Assembly: GCA_031459875.1 (NCBI GenBank)
Contig: JAVKHQ010000015.1
Coordinates: forward strand, 10,289 to 74,288
Origin: Candidatus Fervidifonticultor sextus
Lineage (GTDB): Bacteria > Sysuimicrobiota > Sysuimicrobiia > Sysuimicrobiales > Humicultoraceae
Reading direction: 5' to 3'
Length of the DNA: 64,000 bases
Shown here: in pieces, positions 27,523 to 37,694 of the stretch
Position numbering within the stretch: position 1 is the stretch's first letter
Layout of the letters: every line of letters begins with the position of its first letter
Program-made: the position numbers and the translations under genes
Notes under the pieces: generated by a model
Told to the model about the DNA's origin: nothing
Seen by the model: the letters and a program-made list of their open reading frames with translations, nothing else
Databases searched by the model: none

Positions 27523-29277
27523 TCAGCCGGCCGGCCGTTCGTTGACGATCCGGGCGCCGAAGAGTTCTCTGGCCCGCTCGATGAACGGACTGCCTTCTTC
27601 GATCCTGCCCCCGTCGGTCGCCGACCCCGGTGTGGCACCCTCCCCGGCGCTCGCCGGCGACGCCTCGCCGGACGTCGGTGGGGCTGTCTCGAACAGCTGG
27701 CACCGGAAGCGCAGCGGGCGCGCCAGGACCCGGGTGAGCGCCTGTTCGACGATTTCGCGGTTCTCGGGCCGGTTCAGGTTCTCCATGTGGAAGGTGTAGG
27801 CTGACCGCAGGCCGACCACCAGCGTGTCGCCAGCCACCTCCAGGGGGGTTCCGTCGATGAGCAGCGCGTGGCAGATCATCTTGGTGCGCTTGATGTCCTC
27901 CAGCACGCGCGCCCACTGCCGGCGGACCTCATCGATGGTCACCAGGCTCGAGGTGGGCTCCGCCGGTCCCTCCGGACGGCTCTCGGGGGCCCCGCGCAGG
28001 GCTGGTGTCCCCGGAGGATGCGCGGGGGCTGCGCGTGGGGGCGGGGTCCCCGGAGGACTCGCCGAGGTCGCCTGCGGGGCCGGACGCTCCGGTCTGCTTC
28101 CGGCCGCGGGGTGCGATGCCGGCGCCGGAGGCGCGGCGGCTTCGAGCCGGTCGAGTCGCGCCAGCACGCTCTCCAGAGTGGGATCCATCTCCGGCCGCGC
28201 CAGCCGGACCAGCGCCACCTCGAGGGCCAGCCGGGGCTGGGTGCTCCACCGGGCATCGCTGGAGGCGTCGCCGAGCATGCGCACCGCCCGGAGGAGATCG
28301 GCGACCGTCGCCTCTTCCACCTGGCCGGCCAGCCGCGTGTAATGGTCCCGAGGCGCGTCCAGGATCTCGGCGGCCAGCGGACCGCACGTCTTCACCAGCA
28401 GCAGGTCCCGGAAGTGCTCCACCAGCGCCCGCAGGACCTGCCGGATGTCCCTGCCGGCATCGGCGGCCTCCTGGGCCAGGCGCAGCGCCCCAGCCACATC
28501 GCGGCGCAGCACCGCGTCGGCGAAGGCTGCGGTCACGTCCTCGGCCACCAGGCCCAGCACCTCCGTGACCAGTGTCCGGTCGATCGCCCCGCTGGCGTAG
28601 GCGCTCAATTGGTCCAGCATCGACTCCGCGTCGCGCACCGAGCCGTCGGCGCTGCGGGCGATCTGGGCCAGGGCCGCGTCGTCGACGGCAATGCCTTCCT
28701 GTTGGGCGATGGTGCGCAGCCGCGCGGCGATCTCGCGGAAGGAGACGCGCCGGAAGTCGAAGCGCTGGCACCGCGACAGGACCGTGGCGGGGATCCGGTG
28801 GGGCTCCGTGGTCACCAGCACGAAGACGGCGTGCGCGGGGGGCTCTTCCAGCGTCTTCAGCAGCGCGTTGAAGGCGCTGACCGAGAGCATGTGGACCTCG
28901 TCGATGATGTAGACCTTGTACCGGCCCTCCGTCGGTGCCAGTACGATCTTCTCTTTCAGGTCGCGGACATCGTCGACGCTGGTATTGCTGGCCCCGTCGA
29001 TCTCGATGACGTCCATGCTGGTCCCGCGCGCGATCGCCTGGCACTGGGGACAGGTGTTGTCCGGCGTCGGCGTGGGCCCGCTGGCGCAGTTGAGGGCCTT
29101 GGCCAGGATCCGGGCCGTCGTGGTCTTGCCGGTTCCCCGGTGGCCGGCGAAGAGGTAGGCGTGGGTGATCCGGCCGGCCTTGATGGCGTTCTGCAGGGTG
29201 CGCGTAATGCGCTCCTGCCCGATGATCTCCTCGAACGACTGCGGACGCCAGCGGCGGTAGACGGACATGTGCGACAC
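27523..29277 (-). CDS. dnaX: DNA polymerase III subunit gamma/tau
   Basis: YRRWRPQSF, GHRGTGKTT, IEIDGASN, IIDEVHML, SRCQRFDF. Confidence 0.97.
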   Translation of the reverse strand: MSHMSVYRRWRPQSFEEIIGQERITRTLQNAIKAGRITHAYLFAGHRGTGKTTTARILAKALNCASGPTPTPDNTCPQCQAIARGTSMDVIEIDGASNTSVDDVRDLKEKIVLAPTEGRYKVYIIDEVHMLSVSAFNALLKTLEEPPAHAVFVLVTTEPHRIPATVLSRCQRFDFRRVSFREIAARLRTIAQQEGIAVDDAALAQIARSADGSVRDAESMLDQLSAYASGAIDRTLVTEVLGLVAEDVTAAFADAVLRRDVAGALRLAQEAADAGRDIRQVLRALVEHFRDLLLVKTCGPLAAEILDAPRDHYTRLAGQVEEATVADLLRAVRMLGDASSDARWSTQPRLALEVALVRLARPEMDPTLESVLARLDRLEAAAPPAPASHPAAGSRPERPAPQATSASPPGTPPPRAAPAHPPGTPALRGAPESRPEGPAEPTSSLVTIDEVRRQWARVLEDIKRTKMICHALLIDGTPLEVAGDTLVVGLRSAYTFHMENLNRPENREIVEQALTRVLARPLRFRCQLFETAPPTSGEASPASAGEGATPGSATDGGRIEEGSPFIERARELFGARIVNERPAG

Positions 29278-29402
29278 GACGGACACCTCGGCCCATGGTA
29301 CTTCGGCACCGCTGCACGCGCTCCTTGCGCCGGTCATCGCGCGTCGGTCAGTGCCAGGGGCAGAGGAAGCCACTCGGCCGCCGCCGAATCCCCGCATCCT
29401 TG

Positions 29403-30236
29403 ATGGTGTTCTCCGCAGTCTATCCCGTTCCCGAGTCCACAGTCGCGACGGCCGTGCTGCTGCTGATCGTGGGCACGGCCGGACTGTCCGTGTACCTGCT
29501 GGCCTATCGACCGACGGGCGGCCGCACGACGTGGGGGCTCAGCGAGATCGCCGCCGTCACGATCCTGTTCCTCGTGACGCTGCCGCTGGCGGCGCTGTTG
29601 GCCGGGATCGACATCCCCCTCAACCTGGCCGACCTGACCGTGGTCATGCTGGCGCAGAACGTCCTGCTGGTGGGGATGCCGGTCTACGTGGTGACGGTGC
29701 GGTACCGGCAGCCGCCAGAGGCGCTGGGTCTGCGGGCCGACGGATGGCCGCAGCACGCCCTCCTGGGTCTCGCGGCCGGTGCGGTCACGGCGCTGGTGGC
29801 CAGCAGCGGAGAGCAGGTGGTGGTCTACCTTTTCGGCCTTGTCGAAGGCGCGGAGCAGGCCGCCGCCCGCGCCGCCGCAGAGCACCTGACGGATCCGCTG
29901 CGCCCGCTCCTCTCGACCCTCACGGGGACCCCCTCGCTCGTCTGGCTGCTGGTTTTGCTCGCCGTGGTAGTCCCGATTGGGGAAGAGGTCTTCTTCCGGG
30001 GGTTCGTCTATGGAGGCCTCCGGGCGCGGTGGGGCATCACCGCAGCCGTGCTCGTCAGTGCCGGTTTCTTCGCCACCGTCCACCGGCAGCTCGTCCACGG
30101 GGTGTTGATCTTCCTGCTGGGCGTTGTCCTGGCGTTGCTCTACGAGCGCACGCGGAGCCTGGTGCCGGCGGTCGTGACCCACGCGCTGACCAATATCATG
30201 GCGGTGGTGTCGATCTGGCGGGGGTGGGGGATCTAG
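29403..30236 (+). CDS. CPBP (CAAX) intramembrane glutamic endopeptidase
   Basis: PIGEEVFFRG, FATVH, H..TN motifs; multiple TM helices. Confidence 0.9.
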   Translation: MVFSAVYPVPESTVATAVLLLIVGTAGLSVYLLAYRPTGGRTTWGLSEIAAVTILFLVTLPLAALLAGIDIPLNLADLTVVMLAQNVLLVGMPVYVVTVRYRQPPEALGLRADGWPQHALLGLAAGAVTALVASSGEQVVVYLFGLVEGAEQAAARAAAEHLTDPLRPLLSTLTGTPSLVWLLVLLAVVVPIGEEVFFRGFVYGGLRARWGITAAVLVSAGFFATVHRQLVHGVLIFLLGVVLALLYERTRSLVPAVVTHALTNIMAVVSIWRGWGI

Positions 30237-30282
30237 TCGCCCACCCCGTAACTATGGCAGGCGTGCTCGGGAGGCCCCCGGC

Positions 30283-31098
30283 CTACGCCTCGCTCTTTTT
30301 CCGGACTTCCACCTGTCCGGCGACGCCCATCACGTGGAAGCCGCTGTCGGCGAAGATCGTGTTTCCCGTGACCACCCGTGAGAGGTTGCTGGCCAGGAAG
30401 ACGGCCACGTCGGCGACCTCCTCCTGGGTGACGTTGCGCCGCAGCGGGGCGATCTCCTCGACCGCGTCCCGGAATCCCGACAGGCCGCGGACCGCGCTGG
30501 CCGCCAGGGTCCTTAGCGGCCCGGCCGAGATGGCGTTGACCCGGATGTTCTTCGGCCCCAGTTCGGCCGCCAGATAGCGCACCTCGCATTCCAGCGCGGC
30601 CTTGGCCACTGCCATCACGCTGTAGGAGGGGACCACCCGCTCCACGGCGTTGTAGGTCAGCGTCATGATGCTGCCGCCCCCGGCGGCCTCCAGCAGCGGT
30701 CGGGCGGCGGCGGCGCACCGGACGAGAGAGTAGGCGCTGATGTCCAGCGCCATGGCGTAGCCCCTGCGCGAGATCTCCGAGAACGGCCGGGAGAGGTCTT
30801 CACGGTCGGCGTAGGCCAGGCAGTGGACCAGGATGTCCAGGGCTCCCCAGCGCTGGCCCAGGCCCTCGAAGACAGCGGCGATCTCCTCGTCTGAGGTGAC
30901 GTCGCACTTGAAGATGGGAAACGCCTCCGCCCCGCCGATCTCCCGCAGCAGTTCGACGAGGTTGTCCTTCAACCGCTCGTTCTGGTAGGTGAAGGCCAGA
31001 GACGCGCCCTCGCGGTGGAACGCCCGGGCGATCCCCCAGGCAATGCTGCGGTTGTTGGCGACCCCCATGATGAGGGCGCGTTTCCCCTCAAGGAGCAC
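30283..31098 (-). CDS. fabI: Enoyl-ACP reductase
   Basis: GVANNRSIAWGIA, DISAYS, Y..M.VAKAALE, NAISAGPLRTLA. Confidence 0.95.
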   Translation of the reverse strand: MLLEGKRALIMGVANNRSIAWGIARAFHREGASLAFTYQNERLKDNLVELLREIGGAEAFPIFKCDVTSDEEIAAVFEGLGQRWGALDILVHCLAYADREDLSRPFSEISRRGYAMALDISAYSLVRCAAAARPLLEAAGGGSIMTLTYNAVERVVPSYSVMAVAKAALECEVRYLAAELGPKNIRVNAISAGPLRTLAASAVRGLSGFRDAVEEIAPLRRNVTQEEVADVAVFLASNLSRVVTGNTIFADSGFHVMGVAGQVEVRKKSEA

Positions 31099-31188
31099 GA
31101 TCCACCTCGCGGCGGGGCATAAGGCTCCCGGCCCCGACAGCCCGCTATCCGGGTTCGGGGCCGAAGCCCGGCCTCCTCCGTTGGCCCG

Positions 31189-32313
31189 TCAGTTCGTCCT
31201 CCGCACGGCGAGCCCGTGGGGGTCGCCGCCTCCTGAGGGGATCACCCCGAGCAGGCGCCGCGATGCGGTGCTCATGACCGCCAACCCGGGCGTGGACCCC
31301 CGCAGGGCGTGGGGGTCGCCGGTGACCGGTTCGCCGCGCAGCGTGAAGAAGGCCCGGCTGCCGTCGGGGGAGAAGACGACGAGGTCGGGTCGGTCGCCGG
31401 CGGGGACCTTCGCGATAAGCCGGTAGGTCCGCGCGTCGAGGATGGCGACCTCGTTGGACTGCCGCCCCACGATCCACACCTGGGTGCCGTCGGGGGTCTC
31501 CATCAGGCCGTGGCTGTCTTTGATCGGGAGCCGCTGATGGTGGAGCAGGGCATGGGTCGTGGCGTCGAAGACGTAGAACGTGTCGTTCTTGGCCTCGGGA
31601 TTCCTGGGGTGAAATCCCACGTTGGTGTACATCCGCCGGCCGTCGGCCGCCAGCAGGGTGCCGCAGGCCTCGTAGCCCACGTCGGGGACGAGCACCCGGG
31701 CGGTCCCGGTCGTCAGGTCCAGGGCGGCGATGTTTCCCAGGATATTCCGGGCGGCGTCTCCGCCGTTGGTGACGTAGACGGTGCGGCCGTCGCGGGTGAA
31801 CCAGGCGCAGATGGGTCGGATGCCGCCTGAGGGAATCCGCCGCGCGGCGCGGAAGGTCTGACCCTCCACCATGATCTCCGACACATCGTGGCTGCCGATG
31901 TTGGTCACCAGCACGCGCCGGCCGTCGGGGGAGGCCACCGCCATGTGCGCCGACGGTCCGGCCGGCACGCGGGCGACGACCCGGCGGGTGGCCGCCTCGA
32001 TGACGAGCACGTTGGCGGTGTCGCGGGCCGCCCCCACGTTGGCGACGAGCGCGTACCGCCCGTCCGGCGTGAACAAGATCATGTGCGGCCGGCTGGAGGC
32101 GGGGATCCCGTCATCATCAACCTGGAACTCGGCGAGCCTGGCCAGCGTCTGCCCGTCATAGACCAGGATCGTATCGGTGCCCTGGTTGGCCACCCACACC
32201 TCGTAGGCCGGCGCCTGCGAGGCCGCCCGGCCGGCGAGGCTGGCCACAAGCAGGCTGCCGCCCATGACGCTCCACAGCAAGAATCCCAATAACGGCCGAT
32301 GCATCGTTGTCAC
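31189..32313 (-). CDS. Exported YncE/YVTN-type beta-propeller protein
   Basis: Signal peptide; repeated PH...(T/S)PDG...V.N blades, several His-containing loops. Confidence 0.8.
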   Translation of the reverse strand: MTTMHRPLLGFLLWSVMGGSLLVASLAGRAASQAPAYEVWVANQGTDTILVYDGQTLARLAEFQVDDDGIPASSRPHMILFTPDGRYALVANVGAARDTANVLVIEAATRRVVARVPAGPSAHMAVASPDGRRVLVTNIGSHDVSEIMVEGQTFRAARRIPSGGIRPICAWFTRDGRTVYVTNGGDAARNILGNIAALDLTTGTARVLVPDVGYEACGTLLAADGRRMYTNVGFHPRNPEAKNDTFYVFDATTHALLHHQRLPIKDSHGLMETPDGTQVWIVGRQSNEVAILDARTYRLIAKVPAGDRPDLVVFSPDGSRAFFTLRGEPVTGDPHALRGSTPGLAVMSTASRRLLGVIPSGGGDPHGLAVRRTN

Positions 32314-33347
32314 CCCCTGACGCGGACAGATCGGCTTTCCTCGATCCTGTTGACCAGATAGTCCACAAATACCGGCACCGGGTCAAACCCGACGACCCGC
32401 GGCGCGTCGGTCACGAAGTTCGACAGGACGTTGATGTCGTAGAAGTAGAGCCCCCCGTCGCGGGCGCTGATCAGGTACTCGACCCCGCCCACGTCGACCC
32501 GGGCCGCCTGCGCGATGCGCAGCACCGAGGCGACGATCTCCGGCGGTGGCGTGTAGCCTTCCACGCGCAGCGTCGTGCGAGGGAGGTCTGCCGGGCAGTA
32601 GTCCAGCGGCGCCGGGACGGGCGCCGGAGGTACTGCCTGCACGGTCGGTGCGGCCGCTTTTTGCCCCGGTGCGTCCACCGCGCAGATGTCGGCCGGGCAC
32701 AGGTTGAATCCCGCGTCGGGGTTGGGGTAGACCTTGATGGCGTAGAGGAACCGGCCGTCGAGGACCTCGACGCGGACGATCGCGCCGCCGACCGGCGGAT
32801 GGTATTCCTGCACCAGCGCCGTGTGGTCGATGCCCAGATCGAGGCGGCCCCCGGCCACCGCGGCGTCGAGCTGGTCGGGGGTGTCGAACCGCCGGATCTT
32901 CGCGCCGCTGCCGCCGATGTTCGGCTTCACCAGCAGCGGAAAGGTCAGGAGTCGCGCCGCGTCCTGGATCCCGGCGGGGGTGTTCACCACGCGCGTGCGC
33001 GGGTAGAGGAGGCCCAGGCGGCCGAGCAGGCTGATCTGGCCCGCCTTGGACAGTTCGAGGCTGAAGGCCTCCGCGCCGTTTACCACTGGAATGCCCATCA
33101 TTTCCAGGTGGCGCAGGTACGCCAGCGCGGCAAAGATGGCATGGCCGCCTCCGCGCAGGTAGGCCGAGGGGCTCATGCGGTTGAGGACCAGTGCGTACGG
33201 CGCCCCTCGCTGCGCGGGATCGAACTGCAGCGCGGTGGCGAGAATCCGCGCGTAAGGGATCCCCCGTCGCTCGAGCTCCCCAAACAGGGGTCGGAACCAC
33301 TCCGGGTGTTCGTAGAGAATACCCAGGGTCGGTGTGGTGTGCTCCAT
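32310..33347 (-). CDS. ATP-grasp ligase (RimK/glutathione synthetase-like)
   Basis: YEHPEWF, NRMSPSAYLRG, VKPNIGGSGA, VQEY, FNLCPADIC, YDINVLSNF. Confidence 0.85.
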   Translation of the reverse strand: MEHTTPTLGILYEHPEWFRPLFGELERRGIPYARILATALQFDPAQRGAPYALVLNRMSPSAYLRGGGHAIFAALAYLRHLEMMGIPVVNGAEAFSLELSKAGQISLLGRLGLLYPRTRVVNTPAGIQDAARLLTFPLLVKPNIGGSGAKIRRFDTPDQLDAAVAGGRLDLGIDHTALVQEYHPPVGGAIVRVEVLDGRFLYAIKVYPNPDAGFNLCPADICAVDAPGQKAAAPTVQAVPPAPVPAPLDYCPADLPRTTLRVEGYTPPPEIVASVLRIAQAARVDVGGVEYLISARDGGLYFYDINVLSNFVTDAPRVVGFDPVPVFVDYLVNRIEESRSVRVRG

Positions 33348-33692
33348 TTGATCTGTCCCCCCAAAGCGCGGCGCAGGCGCCGCGGCCGGTCGCGAAACGG
33401 TTTCGGCTGTCAACAGCAGGTGTCCGGCCCGCGCCGGACGGGAAGGCGAAGGCCGCTAGGCCTCCGCCCGGGGACAGATGCAGGTTCGCGGGCGCAGAGC
33501 AGACGGTGACGGAACCGTTCGGGTGGACGACCTGTCGTCCATCTCGCCCGCATGATACCACGGCACGGCGGCGGGCTCAATGCTGCGGCAGGAAGCGCCC
33601 GGCCGCGCGGGAGGATACCCGTCGGGGAGCACGCCGGGCCCCGGCCTGCGCGACGAGGGAATTGCGCCCCCGGCCGGGGAACTGACGGGACT

Positions 33693-34760
33693 GTGGATCG
33701 CCTCTGGTCGCGTCTGGCCCTGGGGGCCGCCGGCGTGCTGGCGGCGCTGTGGATCCTGCAGCGGTTCAGCACGCTGGCCGTCATGGCCGTCATCGTGGGC
33801 ATCGTTACCTTCCCGATCTACCCCGTGGTGGACTGGCTCGAGCAGCGGGCGCGCCTCTCGCGCGGTGTCGCCGCCGGCCTCACGCTGGTGGTCCTGATGG
33901 CGATCCTGGGGCTGGGCGTCGTCGGCGTCTTCCCCTGGGCCATGGGGCAGGTGCGGATCCTCCTGGACCTCACGCCCCGCGGGATCAGGGCGGTGGCGGA
34001 GGTCCTGAGCGCGTGGCAGGCCCGGGTGGACGAGCCGACCTTTCCCGGGCTGCTGCGGGCCGCGTGGGAGCGGGCGGGCGAGGCCGCTGTCACCGCCGCC
34101 AACAGCGTGGTCACCCGCACCGTCAACTTGGCTGTCAGGAGTATCGGGCAGCTCTACCTGCTGTTGCTGCTGCCGTTCGTCATCTACTTCGTCCTGCTCG
34201 ACTACCGCTCGGTGCGGGAGACGATCCTGTCCCTCGTGCGCGAGCCACACCGGACCCGCATCGCGGACCTGCTGGGAACCCTCACGACCACCCTGCGCTG
34301 GGGGCTGTGGGCGCAGGTCGTCGTCAGTACCATCGTGGGCGTTATGACGGCCCTGGGCCTGGCCATCGTCGGCGTGCCCGGGGCGTGGGCGATCGGCATC
34401 TTCAGCGGGATCGCGGAGGCGATTCCGTATGTCGGCGGATTTGCCACCTACGGTGTGGCCCTGGTGGCCGCCGTGCCCAGGGGCGGGTCCGAGTGGGTCT
34501 GGGCGATGCTGGTGGTCACGGTCGTGAAGGTGGCCGTCAACGTGATGGTGCCGTGGATCCTGGGGCGCTTCACCCGTACACACCCGCTGGCCATCATCAT
34601 GGCGCTGCTGGTGCTGGCCCAGCTTTTCGGCGTCATCGGGATGTTCTTCGCGGTACCGGTGGTGGTGGTGGTGCGGGAGGTCTTCGCCTGGTGGCGCCAG
34701 ACCGCCGGTGTGCAGATGCTTCAGCCCGAGGGCGCGGTGGCGGGCAAGGCCCCCGTGTGA
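33693..34760 (+). CDS. AI-2E family transporter
   Basis: PVVDWLE, EAIPYVGG, HPLAIIMALL...FGVIGMFFAVP. Confidence 0.88.
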   Translation: MDRLWSRLALGAAGVLAALWILQRFSTLAVMAVIVGIVTFPIYPVVDWLEQRARLSRGVAAGLTLVVLMAILGLGVVGVFPWAMGQVRILLDLTPRGIRAVAEVLSAWQARVDEPTFPGLLRAAWERAGEAAVTAANSVVTRTVNLAVRSIGQLYLLLLLPFVIYFVLLDYRSVRETILSLVREPHRTRIADLLGTLTTTLRWGLWAQVVVSTIVGVMTALGLAIVGVPGAWAIGIFSGIAEAIPYVGGFATYGVALVAAVPRGGSEWVWAMLVVTVVKVAVNVMVPWILGRFTRTHPLAIIMALLVLAQLFGVIGMFFAVPVVVVVREVFAWWRQTAGVQMLQPEGAVAGKAPV

Positions 34761-34789
34761 GCGGGCGGGTGCTGGCGCTGGGGCCATGG

Positions 34790-34795
34790 TATACT
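34790..34795 (+). promoter_or_regulatory. -10 element of tRNA promoter
   Basis: TGG-TATACT about 28 nt upstream of the tRNA. Confidence 0.5.
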
Positions 34796-34822
34796 GTCTG
34801 CCGGTACGACCGCCTCGGTCGT

Positions 34823-34898
34823 GGGCCCTTAGCTCAGCAGGCAGAGCGGCGGGCTTTTAACCCGCGCGTCGGGGGTTCGAGTCCCTCAGGGCCCACCA
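34823..34898 (+). tRNA. tRNA-Lys (anticodon UUU)
   Basis: 76 nt cloverleaf GGGCCCT...AGGGCCC-A-CCA, anticodon loop CTTTTAA, TTCGAGT T-loop. Confidence 0.96.
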
Positions 34899-34993
34899 GA
34901 TCGCTTTTTGCCCGACCAGCATTTCACGGCACGCCTACCAGCACCGCGAGGAGTTCGAGCTGACGCTGCACGCCTACCGGAGCCTGCGGGGTC

Positions 34994-36244
34994 TCATCCT
35001 GAGCGTGGCGCACCTCTCGCTCCACCGGCGACCGGGCCGTTTGCCGCGCTCACCGGTTCCCCCGCCGGTGCGGGAACCGGTCGTGCCAGCGACAGCGTCA
35101 GCAGGCTCCCCGGCAGCGGGAGGAGGCTCACCACGATCAGGACGGGGATGATCCCGAACGCCTGCGCCAGCGCGCTCACCGGCCCCACCAGCAGGCCGCC
35201 AATGCCCAGGCTCACCCCCAGCATCAGGCCCGCAGCCAGGCTCGCATGGGCGGGGAGCAGACTCTGCGCCTCCACCGTCACCAGCGACGACGATCCCAGC
35301 AGGGCGGCTCCCCCGAGGGCGAGCAGGATGATCGTCGCCGGCCCCCTGGAGGTGATCGCGGCGAGAAAGAGCGGGGCGGCCAGGGCGAACGAGACGAACA
35401 GCACCCGACGCCGGCCGAGGCGGTCCGAGAGATACCCGGCCACCATTCCGCCGACCGCGCCCGAGAAGATCATCGCGCCGATCGCTGCGGCGCCCTCCGT
35501 CGCCGGTGCGCCGCGGGCGCGATAGAGAAACGGCAGCAAGGCCAGCATGCTGTGCATCAGGGTGGCGCGGGACACGATCAGGCCCATCAGCCTGGCCAGC
35601 CCGCCGAGGTTCTCGCGCAGGGCCTCCCGCAGGTTCGCGGACGCGCCCGGGCGGTGAGGTACCCGCCAGTGCCACGGGACGACGCGGACGAGCGCGACCG
35701 ACATGAGCAGGGCCGGGGTGGCGGTCACCGCGACCCACGGGAGTCCGGCGCGCACCGCCACGTAGGCGGCCAGCAGGGGGCTGAGGGCCTGGCCGGCCTG
35801 GCCGGCCATGATGTAGGTCGACATAAGGGTCCCCTTGCGGGCTCCGGACAACTGGTGGACCAACCCTGCAGACTGCGGGTGGAAGGCGGCGATCCCGACG
35901 CCGTGCAGGACCGTGACCAGCACCAGCCAGAGATACGATGGGGCCACCCCGAGCAGGGACGACCCCAGCGCCGCACCTGCCAGCCCCATCGCAGCCACCC
36001 CGCGCAGCCGGGTGTGGTCGGCCACATACCCGAACACGGGCTGGAGCAGGGACCCGGTGAGGGTGGCGATCGAGATGAGCAGGCCCGCCTGGCCGAGGCG
36101 CAGTCCGTGGGCATCGGCCAGCAGCGGCAGGAGTGCGGGGAGGAAGTTGTTGTACAGGTCGTTGGTGAAGTGCGCGGCCATCAGCCAGGCCAGCGTGCCT
36201 GACGCCGAAGCCACCGGCCGGTGCTCCTGCAACGGGTCCTTCAC
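34994..36244 (-). CDS. MFS transporter (Fsr-like)
   Basis: HFTNDLY..FLPALLP, QPVFGYVAD, AAFHP, GYLSDRLGRR. Confidence 0.9.
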   Translation of the reverse strand: MKDPLQEHRPVASASGTLAWLMAAHFTNDLYNNFLPALLPLLADAHGLRLGQAGLLISIATLTGSLLQPVFGYVADHTRLRGVAAMGLAGAALGSSLLGVAPSYLWLVLVTVLHGVGIAAFHPQSAGLVHQLSGARKGTLMSTYIMAGQAGQALSPLLAAYVAVRAGLPWVAVTATPALLMSVALVRVVPWHWRVPHRPGASANLREALRENLGGLARLMGLIVSRATLMHSMLALLPFLYRARGAPATEGAAAIGAMIFSGAVGGMVAGYLSDRLGRRRVLFVSFALAAPLFLAAITSRGPATIILLALGGAALLGSSSLVTVEAQSLLPAHASLAAGLMLGVSLGIGGLLVGPVSALAQAFGIIPVLIVVSLLPLPGSLLTLSLARPVPAPAGEPVSAANGPVAGGARGAPRSG

Positions 36245-36247
36245 GGG

Positions 36248-36817
36248 CTATTTCTTGAGCTTCGAGATCTTCGACCCTTCCAGCGACAGGTTGTACATCA
36301 GGCCCCTCTGCCCCACCACGAATCCCACGATGGGCTTGTTGAGCTTCGTCGTGTCGATGGAGCCCTCGGCACCCACGTCGATGAGCACCACCGAGCCGTC
36401 GACCCCGATCTTCCACCCCTCGCTGGCCTGAAACTTCCTGAGGGCGTCCTCCTGCAGGAAGACGAGGATGATGTCCTTCTTCTGGGCGCCCAGCTGGAAC
36501 CCGATGGAGGCCGATGCGATGCTGTAGTAGGCGACCGTCCTCCCGCCGATGCGCAACGCCCCTTCGCCGTACTCGCCTCCGATGCCGATGCCGGCCTGGA
36601 TGACCCCGGGGAACACGAGCACCCCTCTGGCCATCCGGAGGACATCTCCAGATCCCTTGACCTGCTTCACCAGGCGGTCCAGGGCGGCGTTCACGCTGGC
36701 GTCGATCTCCTGCGCGGTCCTGGCCTGGGAGGCGTCCGGCAGCGTCAGGCCGCCAGCCAGGAAGAGACAGAGCGCCCAGAGCATGCCTCTGTGCCCGTGC
36801 CGTGCGTGCATCGTCAT
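36248..36817 (-). CDS. Exported YSC84/SYLF-related lipid-binding protein
   Basis: ARGVLVFP..AGIGIGGEYGEG, SIGFQLGAQ, GLMYNLSLEGSKI. Confidence 0.88.
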   Translation of the reverse strand: MTMHARHGHRGMLWALCLFLAGGLTLPDASQARTAQEIDASVNAALDRLVKQVKGSGDVLRMARGVLVFPGVIQAGIGIGGEYGEGALRIGGRTVAYYSIASASIGFQLGAQKKDIILVFLQEDALRKFQASEGWKIGVDGSVVLIDVGAEGSIDTTKLNKPIVGFVVGQRGLMYNLSLEGSKISKLKK

Positions 36818-36985
36818 TCCCCCCCCTCAGGGACGATCTGCGCCGGAAACATCGGACAGACGCACGCTCCCATCATACTCTGTTTTCACCCTCCACCCCA
36901 CCCCATCCCTGTGTGTGTTTTCCTCCGCGCCATCAGACGCCTAGGAGGAGTCGGACCTGGGCATATCAAACTTGAAAAACACACT

Positions 36986-37070
36986 GCCCGCGATAAAGGC
37001 ACCCCGCCCGCGAGGGCGGTTCGCAAAGCCACGGGGCTGGGCGATCCAGCCAGCCGGGTTGCCGAACGGG
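36986..37070 (+). ncRNA. c-di-GMP-I (GEMM-I) riboswitch aptamer
   Basis: AAAGGC-P2 with GCGA (GNRA) tetraloop-CGCAAAGCCACGGG...CAGCCGGGTTGCCGAA; P1 CCCG/CGGG. Confidence 0.82.
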
Positions 37071-37079
37071 GAGGTCACG

Positions 37080-37106
37080 GACGCCTCCCGGTCGAGGCGT
37101 TTTTTC
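37080..37106 (+). terminator. Riboswitch expression-platform terminator
   Basis: GACGCCTC-CCGGTC-GAGGCGTT followed by a U-tract; competing pairing GGGAGG/CCTCCC is available. Confidence 0.8.
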
Positions 37107-37134
37107 TTTCGCGGGACTCCGGGGGCGCTCCGCG

Positions 37135-37626
37135 GTGGACCCGGGACGGCAGAGCATCCAGATACTGGTCGGCGTCTTCCTGACCGTCGTCCTGGCCGCG
37201 GGTCCCTCGTCCTCCGCTTCATTCGCCGTCGAACCCGGGAAACGAATCGGCCCTGTGACCATCGGGATGGCCGAGCACGAGGTCCTTGCCGCCGTCGGCG
37301 GAGGTATGCGACCGGCTCCGGGGCCGGCTCCCGACGTGCTCGAGATCCCGGCTCACGGGTTGACGGTGTGGTTCTCTACCGGGCGCGTGATCCGTATCCG
37401 TACGACCAACACGGCCCACAAGACGCCATCGGGCTACGGCCCCGGCGACGGAAACTGGGCCGGGGCGAGGCAGGCCTCGTGCAACGGTGGGGTGAGTGAG
37501 GCCAGTGCCGTCCACGTGACGGCGGCAGGGTTCGAGATCCGGTGCCCGTTCGCGGGGCTGGTCCTGGAGGTCTCAAGGGGTCGGATCGTTGGTCTGGTAG
37601 TGCTCCCCAGCGAAAGGCTGCGGTAG
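37135..37626 (+). CDS. Hypothetical exported protein
   Basis: Signal peptide then VEPGKRIGPVTIGM; first gene after the riboswitch. Confidence 0.65.
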   Translation: MDPGRQSIQILVGVFLTVVLAAGPSSSASFAVEPGKRIGPVTIGMAEHEVLAAVGGGMRPAPGPAPDVLEIPAHGLTVWFSTGRVIRIRTTNTAHKTPSGYGPGDGNWAGARQASCNGGVSEASAVHVTAAGFEIRCPFAGLVLEVSRGRIVGLVVLPSERLR

Positions 37627-37694
37627 CAGGGCGCGGCGCCGTCTACGACCGGTCTGCGGCGCCCTGGGATGCAGGTCTCGAGGAGGCGAGGACG

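Noticed and set aside
27523..29277. Programmed frameshift in dnaX
   Set aside because: No A-AAA-AAG or long A-run slippery site seen
29278..29402. SRP RNA (ffs), often found upstream of dnaX
   Set aside because: No CAGG..GGAA..AGCAG domain IV motif on either strand
34823..34898. tRNA-Lys as integration site of an island
   Set aside because: No integrase and no duplicated tRNA 3' end noticed in the window; no evident compositional shift
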